A stretch of 62,097 nucleotides of DNA, the filler included, from Piptocephalis cylindrospora (taxonomy: Eukaryota), in the NCBI GenBank assembly GCA_003614145.1. It is 7 parts of 7 records of this genome, joined end to end, with 100 filler letters (N's around TTAATTAATTAA, not from the genome) between each part and the next. Parts side by side here need not be neighbours in the genome. Positions count along the whole stretch, not along the records: positions 44,503 to 53,260 come from KZ988130.1; positions 53,361 to 62,097 come from KZ988131.1; 5 more parts are not named here. One strand, given 5' to 3'. Within the stretch, counting starts at the first letter, position 1; each line of letters starts with the position of its first letter. Shown piece after piece: positions 48,099 through 60,291 of this stretch. Position numbers and translations under genes: made by a program. The notes beneath the pieces are model-generated. The model was not told the DNA's origin and searched no databases. It saw only the letters and a program-made list of their open reading frames with translations.

Positions 48099-49000
48099 GA
48101 TGTATTGGAGTCAAGTTTAGGATGAGCACTAAGGGGGATGAGAAAGGAAAAGGAAGAGATGGCTGAGGATCTCCGTGTGTGGGTGTGTCGCACACCCAGG
48201 ATGCCTTAGCCACCACATCAACTCCTCCCCTCCACATCAGGAAAAGTCGGGTGGAGCATCCGATGAATGCCCTGCTCTATCTGAAGGGAGTAATGTATTG
48301 TCAAAAATAACCACACATCACCGTAAAATGGTAAAAAGTAAAGAAAAACACCCAAAAACCACACTCAGGTATCCGAGAGGATCCAAGCCAGGCGCTGGCC
48401 TGGTCTTGGTATCCACTGGATCAGTCGCGCCCATCGAGACCGGAACTGCTGCCCCGCTCTATCCCATACTTGGCTGGTGAAAAGATGTGCACATTGTGTC
48501 AACTGTGCAAATTTAGCAAGTAGCCAGGCTATAGGGAAGGGAACCTTGTCCTGTCCAATGCCAATCCCCATGTTCGACTAGCGTCCATCAATGTATGCCC
48601 AAACGCTTCAGGAGGCCTCTTTGAGCTTTCTATAGACGCTATAAATGCCAAAGTTGATCTCATCATGTGGCATAGTTGAGAAATGCAATGAGTGCCATAA
48701 GTTGAGACTTGCTTCCGAGATGATAGTCTGGTCAAATGCATAAAAAAATCATACATCTTTCAGCTACAAAGAGACGTATGCCTACTCAATAGGGGTAAAC
48801 GCGTACCCAAAAATAGCACTGATAAATAATGACAAAGAAAGAGGTAAAGGAATGTGTACTGGCATGAAGGAAGGAAGGAAGGGGGATGTACCAGGGACGG
48901 AAAGAAAGTCAATCACTTGCATCCAATCAACCTCGACCTCCCGTTAGGACAAGAGGAGAGAGGAGTGCCATCACTCTATGCATCACTAGCCTACCTCATA

Positions 49001-51030
49001 TCAGGGCTTCTTTGATGATAGGGTCTTTTTGACAGCTTCGGGAGATAGATCCTCGCCGGAGAGCTCAACAGGCCCACCATTATGCGCTTCAAGGAGGAAA
49101 GTCTTGAGGGTCACGGTATACTGGGCGAAGGTCTTGGCGGGATTCTTCGGGGCATTCTGCCCTTTAGGGGTGCTAGCCCACTCAAGGCCGCTACGAAGTA
49201 CCTTGGCAGCACCGCTCTTGCACCATTTGACCCACGCCCTCTTCCCACGCATCTTAACCCAGGTCTTGCCGAATTTCCCTTTGTAGGAATCAGCCACCTT
49301 TCTTTCCATCTTTACAGACTCAGGGATTTTAACTCGGAAGCTGCTCAGAGCTTCCTGCTCAGACTTGTTGTTCTGAGTAACAAAAGAATCATCAGAGATA
49401 CTGCTTAGCATGTCCCGATATACATCCAAGGCAGCTAGAGTCTCGAAAAGATTGGGTTTGAAGAGCACAGAGTGGATGTAGATGGAAGTGACGAATAGAC
49501 GAATGCGCTTGGAGGCGGTGTCGATGAGAGTGTCCCATCTTTTCTTGGTGATCGGGAGTTTGACCAAAAAGGGCTGGAGATATCGAACGAGCTGAAGGAA
49601 CCTAACCTTGTAGATCCATTCCTCCAAGTAACGACCTATCAATTGAGTTCTCGGAATCCTCATGATTTTATCTTTAACATCAACTTCGAAATGCCAGTGA
49701 GCATTATCTCTGCTGGTCCATTTAATTTGGAAGCGCTCAGGGGAGCAGACGGTTCGATAAAAGATATCTCTGGACGCTAAATGCCTGTTCCTCACAAAGG
49801 CGATGCGTCCTCCCCTTTTACGCTCCCGGATAACTTGAGGGAGGTAATCATCCATCTGTTTACACATGCTCTCCAGGAACTCAGTGATTTTAGGATATGT
49901 TCTGGAAAGAAGGCTTGTAGAAGGAAAAAGATCACCAAATTTTTTCACGAGAGATGCGTCGTATCCTTGGAAGGGAGAGGGAGGAGCATGATGGATAGAC
50001 TCCTGGAGGGGGGAGAGACCAAGAGGATGAGTAGATCTCTGGCGGGGAGAGGGAGGAGCAAAATGAGTAGATTCCTGGTGGGATGAGGAACTGGCGGGAT
50101 GAATAATCTCCTGGCGGAAAGAGGAGCTGGCAGAATGGGTAGAATCTCGATGGGTAGCGCTCTGGGCTGCCAAGCTGTTGAAAGAACCCTTGGCCGTAGA
50201 CAGTCTCCCGACCATGATATTCTGCGCTTCAAGTATTCTCTCAGCAACTGGATCAAATAATTTACTCATGATATGACGAAATGATGAGAGTGCCTCATTC
50301 AGAGAACCGAAGGGGGTGTGAGGTCGCACATAGAACCTCTCCATGACCAAGGCGTTAACAACAACTTGCAGCGAATTGTGAAGAATAGCTGGGGAAAAGG
50401 GCACGGACCCTTCCTTCTTGATCAACGCTAAAGTTTCATAAGACGCACCCTGGGCTCAAAATCACCACCGAATGGATCAGGTCTCTTTGACTCATGGAGA
50501 AACTGAGAATAGCCAATAGCCTCACGAAAGGGAATGACCAAGCTGCCGTAGGAATAAATTCGATCACACTGCTTCAAACTCATAACGTCACAATAGATAT
50601 CGATGAGGGAGTCAGACGACCGAAGAGAAAGAGGATCATCCGGGTCGGATTGGGTAGGCTTTTTTATCAATTTGCAAGCCCCATGGGCCTTATGACAGTG
50701 AATCTTCACTACCTTATTAAGTAGTTCATATTCTTTGTCGGTCTCGTCGGCATGTTCAGAAGAAATCTCTAATTTTACATCGTTGACACCAACAGCATTA
50801 TCTATCGATTTTTCGCTTAGCTGAGCGCTCATCATAAAGATAAGCCCTGCGTAAATTGTGTTATACTGGGCATACTCTTTTTTTTGCTCATCAGAAACGG
50901 AATCGTTATTGGGGATTGCACGTCCATAGGAGGTTTTGACGTAGAAAAGGCTCTCACGAGGAGGACTAGGGTGGAGGATTGGAAGGGCTTGAGAAGATGA
51001 ATGAAGGAAGGGTTGATGATCAAGAGACAT
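49001..51030 (-). CDS. Orphan protein in two ORFs (50428-51030, 49001-50425) joined by a weak intron or a frameshift
   Basis: 200-aa and 474-aa ORFs 2 nt apart in different frames; TATAAAA about 51267-51273. Confidence 0.55.
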
Positions 51031-52261
51031 GGCGATATGTTCGGAGGAAGAGAGAATGGGGAGGGAAACTTATTTTAAAAATCAAACGATATCGTTGCAA
51101 ACAGGAGCGAACACACAGGAAAGCGTTAACTTGGAAAGGTCAGGGTTATGAGTGCGTGAGAGGGAAGGATAGGGAAAGAGGAGGAAGCGTGAGGCAGGAG
51201 GAGGAGACGTGAGGCAGAAAGAAGATGCGTGAAGCAGGGAAAGGAAAACGACTATCAAGAGGAATGTTTTATAGGCTGCTCTATGCATCTGATGTTTGGC
51301 GGATAGAGAAAAAGAGTAAGTTCTTTTCAAACTCCGAACTTACACTCAGACACTCCTCGCCCTCTTTGGTTACCTGTAAAATAAAGGGGTGATGCAATGA
51401 CTAACGGTTATTAATGGACATCTTGGTAACAACAGCAAAGGGAAACACAGACAGGATATAATTGTCCTCTACACCAAAACGATGAATCATATGGTCTTAC
51501 ACATAGCAAAGAGAGCTGTAAAGATATACTCAGTGACTTGCATGCAGATCAATCAGGCTCCGGCTCAGACGAGGATCCAACCGAGAGACCCAGCAGATTA
51601 GACGCCCCCAGCAGGATCAATACTAAAGAGTTGGCCCATACGACCACGGCGCCCTGGCTTAGCCACGTGGATCCAGAGTAAGAGAGCATGGAGTATCTTG
51701 ATCAAATGTAGTGAGATGTTGAACGAGAAAATCAGATGAGTATGAATTGCATGAATATATCATAGAGCACTTCTGTAGAGGACAATAGGTTCATGCTCCC
51801 GGATACTCTAGAGTTTCCAAACTTTATAAAGAAGCACTATTGTTGACGGGCGCAACTCGATTATCCACAACCCTAATTGCTAGCCATTACGGGCGAATGG
51901 ACCCATTGCTGGGCATGGTTGGCAGAGGGTTCTTACAATAGCCCAGATCAAATTCGCAAAATGGTAGAACCGAGAGAGACCTGGAACCCATATCCTTCAT
52001 CCGCATAAGGAGTTGTGGCTTACTAATTGTGAGCATGTTGGGAGGCTGTATCGAGTTGCTTGAACTTTTCCTCGGTAAGACAACCCCAAATGGTATGTAA
52101 GTGTTCTACCCCAACTTGAGGTAGTCGTTGGATACACCCCAGGCCGATATCCGTTCATCTCACACTTTGCCACAGATCATGTGACACTATCTTCTGTAGG
52201 CTAACTATCCCATCCCCAAATAGAGCATCTATCTTCCCTCCATCTTATATCCCTTTCACTC

Positions 52262-52918
52262 ATGCCCAGAACCCGATCAGCTAATGGTAAACAAAAGAAC
52301 AAGGTCTCTACTCGGCAAGGAGACCCGGATCAAGAGCTACGTGGAGTCTTGGAGGAGGTTGCCGACCTACTAGATCCCTCGTCCTTGGGCACCATTCCTT
52401 CCTCAAGTCTCCCAGAAGCTGCGCGTGCCCTAGGTCTTCCCACCTCCCAGGCCTCCATTAGGAGATTGACTTTGGACATGGCACCGGATTCTGAGAGCTC
52501 CATCTCACGAAAGCGCTTCATCACTATCCTCTCTTCTCGTCTAGGCATCTCTAGCCACGGGGAGGAGGCCTCGTCCGAGGAGGAAGACGAGAAAGATCCG
52601 CCATTTTCCGTATCTGCCTCCCCTCTCTCATCTGCACCTTCCAGCCCATCCCCTTCTCCCTCCACAGATGAGCCCAGCCATGATTCAGAGTACGCTCGTA
52701 TGCTTTTTCGACTCTTTGATCAGGATGGCAAAGGCTACATTAATGCATCCGACATTCATCATGTCGCTACTATCACCAAGGAAACCTCCTTAACCGATGA
52801 GGATATTAAGGATCTTTTACGCATCGCCTCTTCCTCCTCTTCCTCCTCTTCCTATCCAGCAGTATCTTTGCAGGACTTTACCAAACTTCTTGTCCGTCTA
52901 CGCATCCATGACCGATGA
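52262..52918 (+). CDS. Divergent centrin/calmodulin-like EF-hand protein
   Basis: AARALG, FRLFDQDGKGYINASDI, LTDEDIKDL, VSLQDF. Confidence 0.75.
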   Translation: MPRTRSANGKQKNKVSTRQGDPDQELRGVLEEVADLLDPSSLGTIPSSSLPEAARALGLPTSQASIRRLTLDMAPDSESSISRKRFITILSSRLGISSHGEEASSEEEDEKDPPFSVSASPLSSAPSSPSPSPSTDEPSHDSEYARMLFRLFDQDGKGYINASDIHHVATITKETSLTDEDIKDLLRIASSSSSSSSYPAVSLQDFTKLLVRLRIHDR

Positions 52919-53781
52919 TCATCCTGCCACCCTCTTGTAAAATGCAATGGAACGAAAATAATCAATTTTTTGCTCCTCTCATATCTATCGTCCGTGATGT
53001 CCTTCCTCTTGATGCATTCTTCTTGACCTCAACTACTCCCCCATCTCATCCTCATCGCTCAACGTAGCCTCCCTCATTGTCTGGATCCTCGTCTTCGTCG
53101 CCCTAGGCGCCATCCTATTCAAGAAAGGGAGAGGGAGGGGGGGGGGGGGGGGGGGGGGGGGGCCGTTTTAGTGGGGGGGAGAGGGGAATGGCTTCTCTTT
53201 TTCTTTTTAAAACTTTTCGTCGGGTGGGGTTTTTATTTCAAATTAATTTATTTTTTTTTTNNNNNNNNNNNNNNNNNNNNNNNNNNNNNNNNNNNNNNNN
53301 NNNNTTAATTAATTAANNNNNNNNNNNNNNNNNNNNNNNNNNNNNNNNNNNNNNNNNNNNATCTTCCCCTTCCCCCCCCCCCCCCCTCCCTTACCTCTCC
53401 CCCCAGTGGCTTTCTCTTTGGATCTGACGCCCTCTTAGGTGTGCCCTTGCCTCGACCACTACCCATCCCCTCATCTTACTTCATCCCTCCTGATTGTTTC
53501 ACCTTTTCTCCTCAACGTGTACCCCCAAGGGAGTCCTTTCGCCCCTGCTCTTTCCCTCTCTCTCTCTCCCTCCCTCCCCCCCTCCGTCTCCTCACTGCCC
53601 TTTCTTCCTAGGAAGCTCTTTCTTTTGGTGATATGGTAAGTACCAGGCCATTTCGCTTCCATGTCGTCATTCCTCTTCTTTGTCCAGGAGGGACAGAGAG
53701 ACTCAGCTCCAGATCCCCGTTTCCCCAGCTAATCTCCCTCTCTTTTCCCCTATATAATCACCGCCCGACTAGTCGGACCCA

Positions 53782-56700
53782 ATGCAGGACTCTTCCCCCT
53801 CTCTCCCCCCATATGAGGCATATCCTGCCTCTCCTTCCTCAGAACCCGAGGATATTAAGGATCTCACTGGCAATCTGGACACCCCTCCCTCCATGGTTCC
53901 AGAGGCAGAGAAACCCTCGGTGGATGACGGTAGGTTATTATCGAGAAATATCTCATCCTCATTTCGCTTCCCAAAAAAGACTCACCCTTTCCTTCTCTTC
54001 TCCCCCTTTTCTACTGTAGAATCGTACGTCTATAGCCTATTCGCCGATTCGGAATACGAAGAAATTGGGAGGACCATCACGACTTGGACCGTATCTGACT
54101 GGGGATCCGGCAAGATCCATGGTGGTCACAGGGGCAAGATCGAGGGCCCCACCATCACCCTTGCCGGACACACCTTCAAACTCATTCTGCTCACTCTCAT
54201 GGACGACCATCGAGATCCCCGGGACGCTGCCAGTGTCTTCCTTGAGTATCATCCCTCAGAAGATGCTCCTCCTACCTGGCACGCCTGTGTGGAGTTCTCC
54301 CTCTTCATCTCCAATCCCAATGACCCCACCGTCTTCAAGAGTAACAGTATGTATTTTTCGAATAGGGCACATTTCTGATAGAATTGACCCCTACCTCACC
54401 CCTCTGTCTTCCCCTTTTTCGCTCACTCATCCGTCCTTCAATCCTTCTACCATCTCGCCCCATTTTCTTAGTTACTCATCGTCGGTACGATAATCTCAAT
54501 AGTGGAGACTGGGGCTTCCCAGATCTTGCCAAAAACCCAGATCTTATCCGGCCATATAATCAGGGAGGTAAAGGGATATTGGAGGACAATTCGGTTGTCA
54601 TCACCCTCGCCATCCGCCTCTTCAACGATCCCTATGGGACTCTATGGAAGAACATGGAACAGTATGACTCTCGTACGGAGACTGAGCACGTTGGCCTTCG
54701 CAACCAGGGTGCCACTTGTTATATGAATTCCCTCCTCCAATCCCTCTACTGCACCAATGGTTTGAGGCGCGCCGTTTATGCCATCCCCACCGACAAGGAA
54801 AAGCCTAGGGCCTCCGTAGTCTATGCTCTTCAACGCCTTTTCTATCAGCTCCAACACTCCCCCCGTGCCGTAGATACCCAGGAATTGACTGCCTCCTTTG
54901 GCTGGGACCCTAATGAAGCTTTCATGCAGCATGATGTTCAGGAGTTCAACCGGGTTCTCCAGGATAATTTAGAGGAAAAAATGAAGGGTACCCCGGCCGA
55001 GGGAGCCATCGAGCGCCTTTTCCGTGGCCAGATGCGTAGTTTCATCCGGTGCATCAACGTAGATTATGAGTCTGCCCGCGTCGAGCCCTACTATGACATT
55101 CAGCTGAACGTCAAGGACTGTGCCACCCTCGAGGATTCCTTTGCTGAGTACATCGATGTGGAGACCTTGGATGGGGAAAATCAATATGCTGCCGAGGGCC
55201 ATGGGCTACAGGATGCACGTAAAGGGGTCATTTTTGAGTCTTTTCCCCCCGTCCTGCACCTTCAACTCAAGCGCTTTGAATACGACATGGAGCGGGATGC
55301 CATGGTTAAGATCAATGATCGCCACGTCTTTCCCCCTACTATTAATCTGGCCCCCTATCTGGCGGAAGACTCCCCAGACCGTCGGGCTGGGACCCCCATG
55401 GAGTATGAACTGTACGGTGTCCTGGTCCATAGTGGTGATCTCACGTCTGGTCACTACTTCGCCCTTATTCGTCCCACCCCCACCTCCCCCTGGCTCAAGT
55501 TCGATGATGAGAGCGTTACCCGTGTCTCCGACCGGGAAGTCTATGACGATAACTACGGGGGGGACGGCTTTAACCCAGGGTCCTCTGGTTCGGGTGCCTC
55601 TGACCCCGGATTCCGTAGGGGCATGAGCAACCGGGACCTACGGTCCCTCATTCGTCGTATGACCAATGCCTACATGCTTGTGTACGTCCGGAAAGATCAG
55701 GTCCCAGAGGTCCTTAAGCCCGTTGAGGACTCGGAGATCCCTGCTCATCTGGTTAAGCGCATTGAACGGGAAATGGCCCTGGTTGAACAGGTCGAGCGGG
55801 ATCGTGAGACGCGTAGTCGGTGCGAACGCCTGAAGCTCGTGACTGATGAGGTGTGTGCCTCCAGCCATGGATTTGACCTCGTCGATGACTGGACAACCCC
55901 GGAGGAACGCCGATGGACCCAGCTGACTCAGGCGGTCCGAAGACTCCAAGGGGACGAGGATGATGATGAGGCAGGTGAAGGGAAAGATCAGAGAGATGAG
56001 GATCAAGATGAGGAGATCGACGAGGGCAAGAAGGAAGGAGGACTCACAGTGCCTTTGGAGGTTAGTGTCCCCAGGGATGATGAATGGTCCGAGGTCCAGG
56101 ATAAAATCCGGGAGTGCCTCCACCTAGATCTGAAAAAGAAGGACCGCTTGAACCTGTGGTTGTTTGTTAACCGACAGAACCACACCATACGTGTGGACAC
56201 TCTTCTCAACCCCTGGTATGGTCGGGGAGGGCAGGAGTGGGAGATAAGTAGGTTGAAGCGCGAGTTCTTTGCCCAGCGTGATGGTCGATTCTACGTGGAA
56301 TCCCGGGTCCGTAGGGCTACCCCGGACGGCTTTACCGAGATAATTGGAGAGGAGGAGGAGTCAGTGGTTGAGCTAACTGAGGAAGGCGGGATGATCGAGA
56401 GCGGTGGAAGCCTCTCTAGTATCGGCCGTGATAGCCTTAATGGAGGTGAGGGTTCAGGGAATGGGATTAGGAGGGGGGAGATCCTCCTTTTTGTCAAGTG
56501 GTACGACCCACGATCCCGGACCATGCATTACACCGGCTCCATTCGTGTCCTTGCCCACACCCGTATTTGTGATGCCCTCCCGGCTTTCCGGGCCCTTCTG
56601 GAGGAGGATAGGGTACGTCGAGGAGAAGCCTCGTCTACCTCCTCCCCCGACCGGGCTATGGCCATCTTTGAAGAGATAAAGCCTGGATGGGTGGATCGTA

Positions 56701-58619
56701 TCCAGGATACGCGCGTCACCTTCCAAAAGGCCGAGATCCAGGTAGGGGATATTGTGTGCTGGCAATGGGAAGATGAATTACAGGCCTTGCAAGAGGAGGC
56801 CAAGGCCAAGGAGGAGCGAAAGGGGGACGAGCTTGAGGAAGAGGAGGAAAGTCTCTTGTGTCTTCCTTCAGTGGCCGATTACTTTTCCTGGGTGCAGCAC
56901 CGTGTCAAGGTACGGTTCCGGTCCAGGTGGGCCTCGATGGCTCAACGGGGGATAAACTCGTCGGCCAGCTGGATGGGCGAATCGGTCTCTGGGTCCAGCC
57001 ATTCTTCCGGCTCTGGACAGGAGGAGGAGAAGACGAAGAAGGAGGATGGGGGAGTTGAGGCCTCCAAGACCGGGAAGGACGCTGGGGAGCATGGGATGAC
57101 TGATTCTGAGGAGGACGAGGAAATTACCTTGACCCTCTCCCGGGTCATGACGTATGAGCAGGTAGCTCGTGTTCTGGCCCGAGCCCTCCGAGACCGATGT
57201 GGATCCAGGTACCGGGAACAACGGAATTTGGCTGGGAGGATTCGCTTTACTCAGGCTTCTGCCCGGACCGGTCTTCCGGATAAGGAGTTTTCTAGCGCCT
57301 TTCAAAGACGACGGATCAAGTCGACCGGGGAGGCTCGTGGGTATGGTGGTGGCGGTGGGATGAGTGGAGCCTGGGGAGGAAGCAATGCAGGATCCATGGA
57401 GCCTATGACTTTGCAAGATCTTCTTGAGTCCTCGGGTAGAGGAAGTGGGGATGGGCGAGGGGGCTACCGTCGTCCTGGGGCTCGCGGAGGACTACGATCG
57501 GATCCAGGGACCTATGGAAAGGTCAAAGGATCCGAGATTCCCGAAGAAGTGATGTTTTATGAGGTGATGGATGTGGACCGATCAATCTTCCAGACTCATC
57601 AGTACATCGGGGTCCGATGGGTTGGAGGGCCTGGGGGAGCGCGGGAATCTGCCAAGTTCTCCCCACCCACTCTTCAAGTGCTTATTCCCAAGGGGGATCA
57701 TGCGTCGGCCCGAGAGGTGGGGCGGGCTGTTGCTTTAGCCCTGGACCGACAGGGAAAGGATGGCTCTCGTCGGCCCATTCGGCTCTATGAAGCCATGAAT
57801 CATCGAGTCACCCGGGTCTACCCCTCGACCTCACCCAAGTCTTCTGAAGAGACAGAGGACGAAAAGGAGGATGAGGATGATGAGCTTTTCCTGCATCCAT
57901 CCATGGTTCAAGCTGGTCAAGGCCCAGGATATACGGCGGGACAGACAGGAGGAGTCGGAGGTACTCGGGCTGGGGCTTCCACTCCAGCCATTCTTTATGC
58001 CGAGTGGGATGAAGACGAACAGGATGAGGAGAAGGAAGGGATGACGGAAGGGGGGCCGATGCAAGTGATTACCCAGACGGGTGGGACTACAGATCAGGGG
58101 GGCATCTCTCCCGACACGTACCAGGACGCCGCGCGAATTGAGGAGGAGCATGGGTCTTCCGGGGCCAATTCGCGGAACATGTCCCCGAATGGGGGAGGGG
58201 AAGATTCGGTGATGCAGGAGTCTGGGGGATCATCGACACGATTGCGCGAGGACTATTTCCCCGTGTATCATTTCTCCAAGGATGTTCTCCACTCCCACGG
58301 GATCCCATTTATCTTCCTTTTCCGGCCACAGGAGCCCTTTTCCCAAATTCGACGACGTCTCCAACACCGGATGGGTCTGACGGATGCAGAGATGGGCAAG
58401 ATTCGCATGGCGGTTGTGCATCATACGGCACTTAACCCTGGACTTTCGGCTCGATCTGGGAGTGCCCCGCTCGTGCGGTACGTGGAGGATGAGGAGAATG
58501 AAACGCCCATGACACTTGGGGTGTGGGAGCCCGGGACATTTCTTGGTTTGGACCATCCCGCCGAGGGAGGCGGGTCCTGGGGTCGTTCGGCTGAACGATC
58601 CATTCGGATCTTTAATTGA
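53782..58619 (+). CDS. UBP15: Ubiquitin C-terminal hydrolase USP7/Ubp15 (MATH, C19 peptidase, UBL region), 3 exons
   Basis: MATH DWGF motif, GLRNQGATCYMNS, QHDVQEF, LHLQLKRFEYD, LVHSGD..GHY, LGLDHP, ERSIRIFN C-terminus. Confidence 0.93.
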
Positions 58620-59036
58620 ACTGGGTAGTTGGAGCAAGTTCGAAGGGGTGGGTGAGTGGATCAGGACGGGGAGGAGGATGGTTGCGCAATACAGAAAGAA
58701 GCTGATGGCATTATTGGGGCCCGATCTGGTTCAGTTGACGGATGGGCTTGGAAATGATCTTTCTCTCAGGGCTAAAAACTCGGTCAATGGATAGCAGATG
58801 ATTGAGACTAAGACGCGCTTAGCTATGTAGCAGCATGTAATGCTACTCACGTCGGAGAAAGGGCTTTAAGGCGCCGTTGATTACCTTTCACAGTGTCCCC
58901 ACAACAACACAACCAATTTTTTAGTAAGGAGCATAAGGAGTTGACAGTTTGGACAAGCAGACGCGTCTCAGCCTCTCTTCTCTTTCCTTTTCTCTCCCTC
59001 CGTACCTGTCATCCCTGTTTCCTCAGCGCCTTCAGT

Positions 59037-60291
59037 ATGGCTAGTGAAGAGTTACGCCGACAGATCGAGTCGCTCATGCCAGCGAGTAAGTCCTAATCCG
59101 TCCTTTGTAGGCAATCCACCATCCCACTCACAACGTTGATCACTCTATCCTAATGATGATGCAGTGGTGGGAAGCACCTCGTTGGACTTTCGGGACCCTA
59201 GCCTGTGCCCCTTTTACCTTTCCGGCCTGTGTCCATATGACCTGTTCAAGTAACCTTGCTTGGGGTGGTACTGTTTTGTCTCGTCTGGTCATCTCACTCA
59301 CCCAGCCTTGTCCCTGGGTAGGAACACGCGAATGGAGCTGGGTACATGCCCAAAGATCCATGATGAAAGGACAAAAAAGGCTTATGAGAAGGAGTGTGAG
59401 AAGGATGGACCCTTTCCAGATTTGGAGAATGCCCTAGAGCGGGAGCTGGGGTCGAGGGTGGCGGATTGTGACAGGAAGATCCGAGTAGCACTATCTAGAC
59501 TGGATAAGGTAGCAGAGGATCCGGCGTCCAAAGAGGTATCTCGGGAGATTGATGATCTGACCACTGAGATTACTGACATGACCGGGGAAGTGGAGAGGTG
59601 GGCCGAGGGGGGTCGGGTGGACGAAGCGCTTCGAGCTCTGCAGAAAACCGAAGACCTACGAAATCAGCGGACTCAAAAGGAGGAGCAGCTCCGAAGGATG
59701 GGGGTTGAGGGGACCGGGCAGGTCTCCCAGAAGCTCCGGGTATGTGAGGTGTGCTCGGCCTACCTGAGTATCCTAGATACAGATGCACGGCTAGCAGACC
59801 ATTTTATCGGCAAGGTACGGATGTGTTATGAATGCGAGATGAGGAGGAATGACAAAGCGTATACTCACCCCAACCTATCTTTACCTCCTGTAGCTCCACA
59901 TGGGCTACAAGGAGATCCGAGATCGATATGAGGAGCTGAGGAAAAGGAGCAAGGAAAAGCGAGGGGATGGTGGACGACATGGGGGCGACAGCGATCGTGG
60001 GCCTTATCATCGTGGTGGAGATGGAGGGGGCGGATATCCAGGCCGTCGACCACATTCACCTGACCGGTCAGGCGGAGGGTATCGATCGAGTCGTGGACCT
60101 GATTATGGGTAAGTCAAGAAGGAAAGGTGATGTACTCAGTGACCTCTCTTTATTTTTTTTCTTCCTCTTGGAAGTTGATCCGCTCATCTTTCTATCACCC
60201 TAGTGCTCGTCGGTACGATCATGGAAGACCAGGCCCGGATTCACGGGGAGGGTTTGACCGAAGGCGTGGAGGGAGTGGACGTCCTTGGTGA
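59037..60291 (+). CDS. LUC7: U1 snRNP protein Luc7, 5 exons
   Basis: CPFYLSGLCPYDLFK/NTRMELGTCPKIH, QKLRVCEVCSAYLS..D.DARLADHF.GK/LHMGY, RG-rich tail. Confidence 0.92.

Noticed and set aside
50426..50430. Stop-codon readthrough joining the two ORFs
   Set aside because: The ORFs are in different frames.
51082..51330. Signal-peptide-like ORF MHRAAYKTFLLIVVFLSLL...
   Set aside because: Overlaps the TATA box and CT-rich leader of the downstream gene, so probably spurious; not fully excluded.
8890..53316. Regularly spaced (~8.9 kb) TTAATTAATTAA palindromes as a biological element
   Set aside because: Synthetic six-frame stop linker within N padding.
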